Assembly: GCA_004431415.1 (NCBI GenBank)
Contig: QPMI01000184.1
Coordinates: 124,001-188,000, forward strand
DNA: 64,000 nucleotides
Direction of reading: 5' to 3'
Source of the DNA: Cyanophora paradoxa CCMP329
Taxonomy: Eukaryota > Plantae > Glaucophyta
The notes under the pieces: model-generated
Database searches by the model: none
Told to the model about the DNA's origin: nothing
What the model saw: only the letters and a program-made list of their open reading frames with translations
In this document: piece after piece, positions 25,701 through 37,980 of the stretch
Layout of the letters: each line of letters opens with the position of its first letter
How positions within the stretch are numbered: position 1 is the stretch's first letter
Program-made: the position numbers and the translations under genes

Positions 25701-28700
25701 CGCCTCGCCGCCGGCGCGCGCCGCCTCCGCCTTGGCGGCCGCGCGGGCGGCCTCGGCGGCGGCCAGCGCCTCGCGCGCCGCCCGCTCCGAGGCCTCGAGC
25801 CGCTCCTTCAGCGCCGCCGCCTCGCGCCGCGCTCCGTCCGCCGTCGCTTCGGCCGACTGCCGCCCCGTCAGCGGCGGCGGCGGCGGCGTGCGGAGGGCGG
25901 GGCGGGGCGGGGCACCGTGAGCTGGGCGCGGGCGGCGTCGGCCTCGCGCTCGGCGGCCTCGGCGCGACGGCGGGCGGCGGCGAGCTCCTCCTTCTCGCCG
26001 CGCTGCTGGGACGCCTCGAGCTCCGCCAGGCGGCCCCGCAGGCGCGTCAGCTCGCCGGCGGCCGCCGTCGACGCCTCGAGCTCGCTCCGCAGCCGGGCCC
26101 GCACCTCCTCCAGCGCCTCCTCCGCCGCCTGCGCCCGCTTCCCCGCCCGCGCCTCCGCCTGCTCCAGCGCCCGCGCCCGCTCCTCCGCCTGCTTGGCGCG
26201 CGCCTCGAGCTCGGCGGCGCGCTCGGCGGCGCGCTCGGCGGCGCGCACGGCGGCGCGCTCCGCCTCGTCGAGCGCCTCGGCAACGGCCCGCTCGGCCTCG
26301 GCGAGCCGCGGGCGGAGGCCGGCCGCCTCCTCCTCGGCGGCGGCGGCGCGCACGCGCAGCTCCCCGCAGGCCCGCTCGAACTCGCCGCTGCGCGCCTGCA
26401 GGGCGGCCGCCCGCGCCTCTTGCTCTCCGAGGCGCCCCGCAGCGCCGCCAGCTCCGACGCAGACGAGTCCGCCGACCGCGCCGAGTCGCGCGCCCTCGCC
26501 TCGAGCTCCGACCGCAGCCGGCCCGCCTCCTGCTCTGCGGCGCGCAGCTTGCCCGCCGCATCCTCCGCGGCACGCGCGGCGGCCTCTTCTGACGCCTTGA
26601 GCTTGCCGCGCGTCTCCTCGAGCGCCCGCGCCGACGCCTCGAGCTCCGACCGCAGCCGGCCGGCCTCCTGCTCCGCGGCGCGCAGCTTGCCCGCCGCATC
26701 CTCCGCGGCGCGCGCGGCGGCCTCCTCTGAAGCCTTGAGCTTGCTGCGCGTCTCCTCGAGCGCCCGCGCCGACGCCTCGAGCTCCGACCGCAGCCGGCCG
26801 GCCTCCTGCTCCGCGGCGCGCAGCTTGCCCGCCGCATCCTCCGCGGCACGCGCGGCGGCCTCCTCTGAAGCCTTGAGCTTGCCGCGCGTCTCCTCGAGCG
26901 CCCGCGCCGACGCCTCGAGCTCCGACCGCAGCCGGCCCGCCTCCTGCTCCGCGGCGCGCAGCTTGCCCGCCGCATCCTCCGCGGCGCGCGCGGCGGCCTC
27001 CTCTGAAGCCTTGAGCTTGCTGCGCGTCTCCTCGAGCGCCCGCGCCGACGCCTCGAGCTCCGACCGCAGCCGGCCCGCCTCCTGCTCCGCGGCGCGCAGC
27101 TTGCCCGCCGCATCCTCCGCGGCGCGCGCGGCGGCCTCCTCTGAAGCCTTGAGCTTGCTGCGCGTCTCCTCGAGCGCCCGCGCCGACGCCTCGAGCTCCG
27201 ACCGCAGCCGGCCCGCCTCCTGCTCCGCGGCGCGCAGCTTGCCCGCCTCCTGCTCCGCGGCACGCGCGGCGGCCTCCTCTGAAGCCTTGAGCTTGCCGCG
27301 CGTCTCCTCGAGCGCCCGCGCCGACGCCTCGAGCTCCGACCGCAGCCGGCCCGCCTCCTGCTCCGCGGCGCGCAGCTTGCCCGCCGCATCCTCCGCGGCG
27401 CGCGCGGCGGCCTCCTCTGAAGCCTTGAGCTTGCTGCGCGTCTCCTCGAGCGCCCGCGCCGACGCCTCGAGCTCCGACCGCAGCCGGCCCGCCTCCTGCT
27501 CCGCGGCGCGCAGCTTGCCCGCCGCATCCTCCGCGGCGCGCGCGGCGGCCTCCTCTGAAGCCTTGAGCTTGCTGCGCGTCTCCTCGAGCGCCCGCGCCGA
27601 CGCCTCGAGCTCCGACCGCAGCCGGCCGGCCTCCTGCTCCGCGGCGCGCAGCTTGCCCGCCGCATCCTCCGCGGCGCGCGCGGCGGCCTCCTCTGAAGCC
27701 TTGAGCTTGCCGCGCGTCTCCTCGAGCGCCCGCGCCGACGCATCGAGCTCCGACCGCAGCCGGCCCGCCTCCTGCTCCGCGGCGCGCAGCTTGCCCGCCG
27801 CATCCTCCGCGGCGCGCGCGGCGGCCTCCTCTGAAGCCTTGAGCTTGCCGCGCGTCTCCTCGAGCGCCCGCGCCGACGCCTCGAGCTCCGACCGCAGCCG
27901 GCCCGCCTCCTGCTCCGCGGCACGCGCGGCGGCCTCCTCTGAAGCCTTGAGCTTGCCGCGCGTCTCCTCGAGCGCCCGCGCCGACGCCTCGAGCTCCGAC
28001 CGCAGCCGGCCCGCCTCCTGCTCCGCGGCGCGCAGCTTGCCCGCCGCCTCCTCCGCGGCGCGCGCGGCGGCCTCTTCGGCGGCGCGGAGCTTGGCGCGGG
28101 CGTCCTCCTCGGCGGCGCGGAGGGCGGCGCGCAGCTCGTCGGTGGCCTTGCCGGCGTCCAACAGCTGCGCCCGCAGGCGCGCCGCCTCGGCCTCGGCGCC
28201 CCCCGCCGCCGCCTCCTGCGCCTGCAGGCGGCCCCGAGCTCCTCGCGCAGCGCCGCCGCCGCCCGCTCCGCCTCGGCGAGGCGGCCGCGCAGCTCGGTGC
28301 GCTCGCGCTCCTCCTCGGCGGCGGCGCGCCTGCGGGCCTCGTCGGCGGCGGCGAGGCGCTGCCGGGCCTCCTCCGCCCCGCGCTGCGCCGCCTCCAGCTC
28401 GCCCCGCAGCCGCGCCGCCTCCCCCGCCGCCCGCTCGCCCCCTCGGCGGCCCCCGCGCGAGCTCCTCCGCCCGCCGCGCCTCCTCCGCGCGGGCGGCGCG
28501 GGCCTCCTCGGCGGCGCGCTCGAGGGCCTCGATGGCGGCGCGGGCGAGGTCGAGCTTGGGGCGGAGCTCGGCCGCCTCCCGCCGCGCCTCCGCCTCGCGC
28601 GCCTCAAGCGCGGCGCGGGCGGCGAGCACCTCGTCCAGCGTCGCCCCCAGCTCCGCCATCTGCTTCTCCGCGAAGGAGAGGGAGCCGGAGAGGGCCTTGG

Positions 28701-31700
28701 CGCGCTCCCGCGCAGCGGCGAGCTCCTTCTGGGCGGCCCGCAGCTCGCCCTTGGCCGCCTCCCGCTCCGCCTGCGCCCCCGCCAGGATCTCCTCCATCGC
28801 CCGCACCTGCCCGCGGCGAGCATGTGAGGGGCCGGCGCGGGGGGCGGCGAGGGGGCGGCCCCGCACGGCGGCCTCGGCGCTGCGGGTGGCTTCGTCGGAG
28901 CGCCCCGCGGCGGCGGCGGCCTCCTCGCGCAGGCGCGCCACCTCCTCCCGCCCCGCCCGCGCCTGCTCCTTCGCCTGCCCCGCCCCCGGCCCCCGTCAGC
29001 GGCGCCGCCCCCACCCCTCCCGCTCCCTCCGCCCGAGACGCACCCGGCGGGCCTCCTCGCGGAGGGCGTCCCGCTCCGCCTCCGCCGCCTGTGGGAGGCG
29101 TGAGGGCAGGCGAGAGTCGGGCGGGGCGCGGGGGCGGCACCTCGAGGTCGGCGCTGATCTGCTCGAGGGTCTCCTCCAGGCGCCCCGCCCGCCCCGCCGC
29201 CTCCGCCGCCTCCCGCACCCGCTCCTCCAGCTGCGCCCGCAGCGCTGCGTTCTGCGCGGCGAGCCGGCCTCAGCAGGCGGAAGGAAGGGCAGTCGAGGGG
29301 CTGTGCCGCGCCTCGTCCTTGCGGGCCTCGAGCATGACGAGGCCGGCCGCCTCCGAGCGCGCCCGCTCCGCCTCTAGCTCCGCCACCCGCCCCCGCAGCA
29401 GATCGCCCCGGCCCCGCTCCTCGAGCAGCTGGCGCGGGGCTGAGGGGCGGGCGGGGCGGGCGGGGGCGCGGGGCGGGCGGACGTCGCGGGCGAGGCTGCC
29501 GTTCTCGTCGGCGAGGGCGTCCCGCTCCGCCTCCGCCGCCGCCAGGTCCCGGCTCATCGCCTGCCGCCCCGCCGCGCTCAGCGGGGCCCCCGCGGCGGCG
29601 GGGGCGGGGGCACGTCGAGGGTCTCCTCGAGGCGGACGGAGCGGGTGCCGTGCTCGGCCAGCTCCTGCCCGCGCGCGCACGTCAGCGGGTGCCTCCGGGG
29701 CGGGATGGCGCTCGACGCGGCGCACGGCCTTCTCGGCGGAGAGGCGCGCCACCTCCTCCCGCAGCTCCCCCGCCTCCTGCGCTCCCCCGCCTCAGCTCGG
29801 CACGCAGCCGGCGCGGCGCGGGGCGGGCGGGCGGGCGGGGGGGTGCGGGCCTTGACGGCGTCGTACATGCGGCGCAGGGTCTCGGCCTCGGCGGCGCCGT
29901 ACGTGGCGACGCGGGCGCGCAGCTCGGCCACGCGCGCCTCCAGCGCCGCCGCCCCGAGCGCGCCGCCTCGAGCTCGCGCGCCAGCCGGTCCCGCTCCTGC
30001 CGGGCCCCGACGAGGGCCGCCACCCGCCCGGGGAGCGACGCCAGGTCCTCCTTGCGCGGCGGCGCCCCGGCCCCGCCTCCGCCGCCGGCGCGTCCTGCTC
30101 CGCCGCCTGCGGGGCCGAGTGTCGGGCGGAACGCGGGGGGACGAAGGGGGCGGGGTACCATGGCGTGGAGGACGCTCTCGATGACCTTGTCGCGGTCCTC
30201 GAGGAGGCCGCTGTACCCCTGCGGGGCGCGTCGGGCCTCGGGCGGGGGCGAGCGGGGAAGGGAACGGGGGCGGGGCACCTCGACGCGCATGCGGGCGCTC
30301 TCGAGCTCGTGGGAGAGGCTCGCCTTCTGCGGCCGCCCTCAGCCCGGCGGGAGCCGCAGCGCGGTCTCGGGCGGGGGGCGCACGTCGGTGTCGGCCTCGG
30401 CGCGGGAGGCGCGGGCGGCGGCGCGGGCGGCGGCGGCGGCCTCGGTCTCCTCGGCGAGGGCGCGCTGCAGCTGCTCGATGCGCTCCCGCGCGTCCTGCAG
30501 GCCCGACTCGAGCGCCCGCTCCTTCGCGCTGCGGGGCGCTCAGGTCGCCCCGAGGGAGGCCCTCGGGCCGGCGCGACCTGAGGGTGGCGATGGCCGAGCG
30601 GGCGGCCTCGACGACGGCGTCGGCGGCGGCGCTGGCCGCGGGGCGCGCCCCGCCCAGCGACCCCGCCGCCTTCTCCAGCGCCCCCGCAGCGCCTCCACGT
30701 GCGCCCCCGCCAGCGCCGCCCCCGCTCCCGCCGCCCCCGCCCCGCCCGCGCGCCGCCGCCGCGGGCGACTCGGGGTGCTGCTGGGGCTGCTGCTGGCCGC
30801 GCGGGGCCGAGCGGGGCGCGCGCGGGGACTCGGGCGGGCGGAGGCGCCGGCCACCAGGTCCTGGCGCGCCTCAGGGCGGAGAGAGGCGGGGCGCGGGCGC
30901 GGGGCGGACGGCGACGTGGGCGCGGGCGGCGGCGAGACGGTGCACGGAGTCGCGCCAGAGGCGCTCCATGGCCGCCAGGCGCTCCGCGTCGCCCTGGCCC
31001 GCCGCCTCCGCCACCGCCGCCAGGCCCCCCGCCACGAACTCCGCGTACTCCTCCACCGCCTGCATCCCGGGTGAGGCGGGGGCGGGAGCGAGCGGGGGGC
31101 GAGCGGGGCGGGCCTGGTGGGCGCGGGCGAGGCGCTCCTCGAGGGCGGCGGCGTCGGAGGTGGCCTCGTCGAGGCGCGCCTCGAGCTGGCGGATCTGCAG
31201 CAGCGACGTCTGCACGACGCCGTCCAGCTCGCGCTTCTGCGCCAGCAGCTCCTGCCTCAGGCTCTCCCGGTCCTCCTCCACCGCCGCCTCCATCTCCTCC
31301 AGCGCCCTGCCCGCCCGCCCCCGCGTCGGCCCCGCGCCCCGGCGCCCCGCCCTCGAGCTCGCGGCGCGCGGGGCACCGGCGCTCGGCGGCGAGGTCGGCG
31401 GCGAGCTCCTCGACCTCGAGCTGCAGCGCCATCCGCTCGCGCTCCTTGCTCGCCGCCTCCTCCCGCGAGGCGGCCAGCTGCGCCCGCATCCCCTCCAGCA
31501 GCGCCCCCGCCGCCTCGGGGACCTCGCCGGCGCGGCCCTCCACGAAGGCGCCCGTCTCGAGGGCGACGCGGTCCCGGAAGGCCGCGAAGGCCGCCCGCTC
31601 CCGCTCCAGCGCCCCCTGCAGCTCCCGCACCCGGTGCGACTCCCCGCCCCCCTCCTCCTCCCGCGGCGACGGCGCCGCCGCCTGCCGCACCGGCGTCCGC

Positions 31701-32974
31701 GCCGCCGCCCGCGCCTCCAGCTCCCGCTGCCGCGCCCTGCCGCCGGCCCCGGCCCGGCGCGTCGGGCGGAGAGAGGGGGCGGCGGGGCGAGGGCGCGGGG
31801 CGCGCACTGGTCGGCCTCGGTGCGCAGGCGCGCGTTGGCCTCCCGCAGGGCCTGCGCCTCCGCCTCCAGCGCCTTCCCCTCCCCCCCTGCCCCGCGTTAG
31901 AGCGGCCGAGCGCGCGGGGCCGGCGGCCGGGCGGGCGCGCCCTGCCGGAGAGGGCCGCGTCGAGCTCCGAGCGGAGCTTGGCGAGCTCCGCCCGCAGCTC
32001 CTCGCACTCCGCCTTGCCCCTCGCGGCCGCCTCTGCGCGCGCGGCCCCGTGAGCGAGGCGGCGGGGGCCGGCGGGGGCGGGCTCCGGGGCGGGGCGGCAC
32101 CGCGGGCGGCCTTCTCCTCGGACTCGAGGCGCCGGGAGACCGCCTTGAGGCTCTCGTTCACCACCTCCGCCTCCTCCAGCTTCCCTTTCAGCGCGAAGAG
32201 CTCGGCCGCCGCCGGCGCCGCCGCCGGCCGCTTCTGCGCCAGCTCCTTCTCGAACCGCTGCGCCTTCTTGTCGAACATGGTCACCTTCTGCCCTCCAGCG
32301 TCAGCGTGAGAGGTGAGGGTGAGCGGTTGGGGGAGCGGACCTGCTTCAAGTCTTCGTTTTCTTTTGTCAGCGCGCGGTTCCTATTTTCCAGTCCTCGTAT
32401 GTTCTCCTGGCACTCTCGGAGCTGCTCAGAAAAAGGGGACACCGCGGCGTCGGCCGCCGCAATGTTCAGACTCGACCGGGAGCTGCGCGTGGCGCGGCGG
32501 GGGCTGGGGCCGGCGCACCTCGTTGCGCAGCTGCAAGCTCAGTGAGCTGGCGTGCTTCTGGTCGGCGAGAAGCGCGTGTGCGATCTCTGCGCGCGCGGCC
32601 GTTGAGCGTGCGCAGGTCGCGATCCATTCGACCGGCTTTCAACGGCGCGAGCGCACCGGTGGCGGCAACGAGATCCTTCTCACGGTCCTCGAGGAGCGCT
32701 TCGACCTCAAGCTTACCCCCGGCGCGCCGGCTTGACAGCTTGGCGGCTGTGCCGACCGCAGGCGTGAACCGAGCGGTCGACGCAAACACAGACGGGACCA
32801 TTTCGCACTGATAGATGACAGGCGCTGCGCGTAGATGCCCGTCTTGTCCTTCTCGGTCGGCGTCCGCGGGGGCGACGTGACGGCGGGCATCGGCGGCGCC
32901 GACGCGCCAGCCGCGCCCTTGCCCTTCTCGCCTATCATGGTTCCCTGCTTCGCCTTATTGAACAGGAAGCTCAT
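22794..32974 (-). CDS. Giant Ala/Glu/Arg-rich coiled-coil protein with an internal 46-aa tandem repeat, many introns
   Basis: Start MSFLFNKAKQG; heptad-like exons throughout (e.g. ELFALKGKLEEAEVVNESLKAVSRRLESEEK); last exon AGSSMGTPEGSPQFSP..DSRHR*. Several apparent single-base frameshifts in G/C runs. Confidence 0.7.
26498..28075 (-). repeat. Coding tandem repeat, 138-bp unit, ~11.5 copies
   Basis: The anchor GAGCTCCGACCGCAGCCGG recurs at 26503, 26641, 26779 ... 27883 (138-bp period) and 27991 (one 108-bp unit). The unit encodes AAEDAAGKLRAAEQEAGRLRSELEASARALEETR(S/G)KLKASEEAAAR. Confidence 0.95.
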
Positions 32975-33577
32975 ATCTGGCGCGTATGTTCAGTCAAGTG
33001 CGCGCGAGTTGTCGCTGCGCCCCCTCTATGCCAATTAACCGAAACACGCCGACGCTATAGTCTATAGCGCTTCCTTTCTTAACGCGAAGGCCGCCGCAGA
33101 CAAGCGCTCCGGGGGCGCGGCGCAAGCAAGCAGGCGCACCCGAACCCGGCGCGGACCAGCTCAGCGAGCTGTCCGGCAAAGAAAGACGTAGCTCAGCTCC
33201 ACGTGCACCTTGACCGATGAACAAGCAACCGCGGCGCCAAGTGCGGGAGATGGGTACGGCGTCCTTGTCATTTTTTCCCGGGCCCCTCTAGGCCTAGGCC
33301 TGTCGATAGCCTGGCATGAGGCTATGCGTGTAGCTGCCAGGCTGCAGGCCTTTGCTTAATGCTCTAAAAACAATCAGATCACTAGCTCTAGGAGCGTCAC
33401 TGAACACAGCGCGCCATAACCCGGACGACCCTCCCGCAAGTCGGCCCTGTCTAGCATCGGCAGAGCCTCGGAGCGATCGCCTGCAGCCTCTCTAGCCCGC
33501 CGCCGTGCTCTGCAGCAGGTCGGCCGCGCGCTTGCGTCAGGGCCGCGCCGCGTCAGCGCACCCGGCTGCGCCGCGCC

Positions 33578-36500
33578 ATGACGGACTTCGCTTTCCGCTG
33601 GCATGGAGACGCGAGCGCGAGATGCGTCGAGGTCGCCGGTCAGCTGCTTACGCAGCTAGCGTCCGAGCGCTTCGTACACTCTTATCGGCTAACGTGAAAT
33701 ATCCGCGAAGGGAGCTGGGACGGCTGGAGCAAGCGCCACGCGCTGCAGAGCGTCGACGGGACGGCGGGGCGCGAACACGCCGGCGCGGTTCGAATTCCTG
33801 TCGATCCTGGCGCTGGCGCGCGCTTCCACTTCAAATTCGTCGTCGATGGCGCGACTCCCGCACGCTCGCGCGGCGCGTTGTTCCTCTGACGGCCGCCGGC
33901 AGGCAGCTGGCGCGTGGACGGCGGCTCGCTGGTCGAGCGGGACGGGGACGGGCACGAGAACAACGTGCTTGCCGTGCGCCCGGAGGACGTGAAGCCGGCG
34001 GGGCGCTTCCGGAGCTACGAGCACTTCCGCGGCGAGCCCGACGCGCTGGAGCCGGAGGGCGCCGGGGTCCCCGTGGCCCGGCCCTGGCACCCCGGGCTCG
34101 GCGCCGTGCCCTTCGGCCCCGGCGCCCGCTTCCGCGTCTGGGCCGACCCCGCCGAGGTCAAGCGGGCCGAGCTCGTGCTCGAGGGGCCCCCGGGTGCCCC
34201 CGCCGCCCCCGAGAGGCGCGTTCCCCTCCACCTCTCCTTCTCCGGCTTCTTCGAGGGGGACGGCCCGGCCGCCCCCGGGGACCGGTACCGCATTTCGCTG
34301 GACGGGGGCGGCGCGGTGCCGGACATCGCGAGCCGGTGGCAGCCGGAGGGCGTGTACGGCCCCTCCGCCGTCGTCGGCGCCGCCGGCTTCCCCTGGTGCG
34401 ACGCCCTATGGGAGACCCCGGCCTCCATCGAGGACCTCGCCTGCGTCTACGTGCGCTCGCCCCCCCCCCCCCCCCCCCCCCCGCATCCGTCCCCGTACCC
34501 CCGCCGACCTCCCCCCTCCTGCCAGGAACTCCACGTCGGCACGTTCACGCCGGAGGCGCGCCCCGCGCCCGCGCCCCGCCGGCGCTCCGCCGTCCCCCTC
34601 ATCGCCGCCGCAGGGCTCCTTCACCGCGGCCGCCATGCGCCTCCCGCAGCTCAAGGCCGCCGGCGTCGACGCCGTCCAGGCGCGTCCCCCCGCCCCTCCG
34701 ACCCCTGTACCCCCGGACCGAGCGCCCCCCGCAGGTCATGCCGCTCTCCGAGTTCCGGGGGGAGCGGGGGTGGGGGTACAGCGGGGCGCTGCCGTTCGCC
34801 CCGCCGCGCTGCTACGGGCCGCCGGACGCCTTCCGCTCCTTCGTCGACGCCGCGCACCGCTGCGGCATCAGCGTTCTCCTCGACGTCGTCTACAATCATT
34901 GGGGGCGCGATGGAAATTACTTCGCCCGGTGCCTGCCCGCCCCCGCCTCTTCCCTTCTGCTCTGGCTGAATGGCCGGCCCCCCTCGCCAGGTACTTCCCG
35001 AGGCACCTCGCGGCCAAGGGCGCCGAGGGCACCCCGGACGCGCGCCAGCGCCCGCCAACCCCCGCGCCGGCGTCTCCTCCTCATTTGCGTGGCGTGCAGG
35101 TGGCGTGGGGCCTGGGCGCCAACGACCTCGCGAGCGAGCTCCGCTTCTTCTGCATCGAGAACGCCCTCCACTGTGCGGCTGCTCGGGGGGGGGGGGGGGG
35201 GGGTACGCGCGCGCTCTCCCGCTCACCCACCCCTCGGCAGGGGTGCACGAGTACCACGTGGACGGCTTCCGGCTCGACTCGGCGCACAACCTCTTCGACC
35301 CCGCCTTCGAGCGCTTCCGGGCGCGCAACGGGCGGGCGGTCGAGCCGCCGCGCCCCCACTTCCTCCAGGAGCTCGCCTCCGCCCTCCAGCGCTACCGCCG
35401 CACCGCCCGCCGGCCCCTCCTCATCGCCGAGGACGAGCGCCGCGACGCCCCCGCCCGCCTCTACCGCCCCCTCAGCGCCGGCGGGTGCGTGCGGGGCCTT
35501 CGTCAAAGGCCCCCGCCCGGAACCGAACCCGCGGCCGCAGCTTCGGGTACGACGCCGTCTGCACGGACGACCTGTACCACGAGATGGTGCCGCAGCGCCC
35601 GCCGGGCCCCTCCGCCGGCCCGCCACGTCAACCCCCCGCAGATGGCCGTTCTCCTTGACCCGCCCCGGCCCGGCGGCGGCCGCTCTGTGCGCTCCCTCGC
35701 TGGCGGCCTCACCCGCACCTACGATTTCGAGCGGTGCCCCGCTTTGCCCCCTCTCTCGTTCGCCCCTCGCTGCTGCCCCGCTTCGCGTCGAGCAGCGCGG
35801 GCGGGCGCAGGGCGTGCTTCCTCCCGCCCTCCCTGGCGGGCCACGTGGCGCACCTCCAGACGCACGACGCCGTGGCGAACCTCTCCACCGGCGCCCGCCT
35901 CGCCTCCCGCTGCTCCCGTGCCCCCCCGGCCCCCCGCCCCCTCTCTCCATCGCTCCTTTGACGCCGAGCAGCGGGGGCGTACAGAGCCGCATCGACCCTT
36001 CTCCTCAGCCTCCCCCACACCGTCATGCTCTTCATGGGACAGGAGTGGGGCGCCCGTACCCCCTTCCACTTTTTTGTTAATTACGATCCCGACCGGGACG
36101 CCGCCGTCAATCTGGTGGGGCCCTTGTATTCCCCCCGTCCCGAATCACCGTATTCACCGTGCTGCGCAGGGCCGCCTGAAGGAGTTCGCCTCTGTACCCG
36201 GCTTCCGGGAAAAGGTGCGCCGCTCTCCCTGCCCTGGGCGGCGCGGGGCCGCCGGGAGCGAGCCGGGGAGCGGGCAGGTGCCCCCGCCGGGGGAGGAGCG
36301 GTCCTTCTCGGAGTCGGTGCTGCGGTGGCCGGGGGCCGGGGAGCTGGAGGAGCCCGGGGGCCCGCACGCCCTCCACCGCGCCCTCCTCGCCCTCCGCGCC
36401 TCGCGCGCCGCCATGCGCTGCCGCCTGCGCAGCCACTTCGCGGCAGTGCCCGTCGGCGAGGGCGCCGTCGCCGTCCTCCGGCGGCCCCTCGACGGCGGGG

Positions 36501-36715
36501 CGCGGGGCACGCTGGCGTTCGTCGCGTGCTTCTGGGGGGCGGGGGAGTACAAGGTGGACCTCGCGTGCACGCCGGCCCCCGAGGGCCGCTGGCGGAGCCT
36601 CCTCCCCGACGGCGAGTCGGCGCGGGCGACGTGCCTCGAGGGGCGGCCCCGCGCCCTCTTCTCCGGCCCCGGCGCGGCGGCCTTCGAGTGCCTCGGCCCG
36701 GGCGACCCCGCCTAG
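33578..36715 (+). CDS. treZ: Malto-oligosyltrehalose trehalohydrolase-like GH13 enzyme with an extra N-terminal AMPK-type CBM48, spliced
   Basis: CBM48: FRW..VEVAGSWDGW...FKFVVDGSWRVD...GHENNVL. TreZ motifs: LGA...FRVWA, PDIASRWQPEGVYGPS, YELHVGTFTPEG, WGYSG, LDVVYNHWG, GFRLDSAH (nucleophile D), IAED (acid/base E), QTHD, MLFMGQEWGARTPFHFF. Confidence 0.85.
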
Positions 36716-36816
36716 CGGCCCAGCGCCCAGCGCTGTGCGCGACGGTGCTCGCCGACGTGCACGGCTAGGCTTATGCTTTATTGCACACACGCGCGCTGCC
36801 AACGGAGAGGGGGTTG

Positions 36817-37045
36817 GGACAAAATCGCTGCGTACTATCCAAAAGCGGGAAAATCTGTCTAAAGTGAAGGCACACACATCACAAAAAGAGAACATAACGC
36901 GCGCTGCCAACGAATGGCCTAGCGATCATACAGCTGAGGGGGCCCAGCGCGAGGACAATGGGATTTGGACAAAATCGCTGCGTACTATCCAAAAGCGGGA
37001 AAACCTGTCTAAAGTGATGGCACATACAGTACACAAAGAGAACAC
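36817..37045. repeat. ~80-bp imperfect direct repeat, two copies 150 bp apart
   Basis: GGACAAAATCGCTGCGTACTATCCAAAAGCGGGAAAA(T/C)CTGTCTAAAGTGA... at 36817 and 36967. Confidence 0.85.
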
Positions 37046-37254
37046 AATTGCAAACCCGAAAACAAAAACAAACCAGCAAACCACCTACGCGTCGACCAGT
37101 GTTGGGAGCGCCTCAACAAGTTTATCGATCTACGTATCTCCCAGCGTATAGCGCCACTGCCGACCAAAAGCTAACCAGCTAACCAAAGCACAGATCTAGA
37201 GCTTCACAAAGGAGGAAGTAAAAGAAAGGGGTGAAAGAAAGACAGAAAGAGCGC

Positions 37255-37980
37255 CTAGTTCTCCTTCTTCTCCTCGTCCTTGTTAAGACCGAGGGCCTTA
37301 AGAAGGCCGCCGAAGAAGCCGCCGCGGTCCTCTTCGACGTACATCTGAGGCAAAGCACGCGGTCAGCGTCGCTCTCAAAACCGTGGCCAGTGCGTCCTCG
37401 GCCGGAAAATCATAGCGAGGGCGCGGGCAGGCTGGAAGCACCTAACGAGTTTATGAGATGGCAACTAGGATTGGCTAGGATGGCAGGGGCAGGAGGGACA
37501 AGGATGCGCGTCGCGGGCAGAAAACGGCAACTTACTGACCTTCGGCTCAACGGCCCAGGTGTTCATAAGGCCGTTCTCGCGGTCAAAGGTGATGCTGCGC
37601 GCGAGAAGGCGTGAGCTCGAGGGCTGGCGGGGATGTGCGTGGGGAACTCATTCGACACGAACCCGCTCCTCGGTTTACGAACACGGCCTTGCATGAACTG
37701 ATCGAAATCTTTCATCTGAGGCGCGATACGCATTAGTGAACCCCGCTCCCGGCGCTGTGGCACCGACCGGCGCTGTCTCGACCGGCACCCCTGCGAGCGC
37801 CCCAGTACTCACATCTTCCGGAATGGCCCACGAGGGCTTGTCCGAGGCCTCGGCCTTCTCCTCCTTCACCGGCTCCTTGTCCTCCGCGCGGACGCAGAAC
37901 TTCGCCGCGCGGGCGGGCGCCGCCTGCACGCTGAAACGAGTGGTGCTCGGGCGGACGGGGGCGGCGACGATGAAGGCCAT
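37255..37980 (-). CDS. Plastid-targeted Psb34/HliA-HliB N-terminal-motif protein, paralog 1 (3 introns)
   Basis: MAFIVAAPVRPSTTRFSV transit peptide; spliced product ..WAIPED|MKDFDQFMQGRVRKPRSG|ITFDRENGLMNTWAVEPK|MYVEEDRGGFFGGLLKALGLNKDEEKKEN*. G-L-M-N-T-W-A-V-E-P-K-M-Y-V resembles the cyanobacterial Psb34/HliA RLNNFAIEPxVY motif. Confidence 0.75.

Noticed and set aside
26420-26445. Apparent frameshifts in the coiled-coil gene and others, suggesting pseudogenes or programmed frameshifting
   Set aside because: The case checked here falls in a G/C run (CTG CGG GG CGC lacks one G) and is best explained as a long-read homopolymer indel; others look similar. Needs read-level checking.
26498-28075. 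Possible CRISPR-like array
   Set aside because: No unique spacers, the unit is an in-frame 138-bp coding repeat, and the context is eukaryotic.
25053-29377. 1256-aa and 1241-aa ORFs overlapping the repeat array, and most other long Arg/Pro/Gly/Ala-rich ORFs in the track
   Set aside because: Shadow frames caused by very high GC and stop-free repeats. The real frame is the minus-strand Glu/Ala-rich coiled coil.
33785-33800. GGTTCGAATTCC resembling a tRNA T-loop or B-box
   Set aside because: It lies inside the CBM48-coding exon and no cloverleaf can be built around it.
36735-37151. 138-aa ORF with an internal repeat
   Set aside because: It is a translation of the non-coding direct repeat and has atypical composition.
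37346-37540. Unusually long introns in the small thylakoid genes as possible snoRNA hosts
   Set aside because: No convincing C/D or H/ACA box arrangement found by eye. An Infernal/Rfam scan would be decisive.
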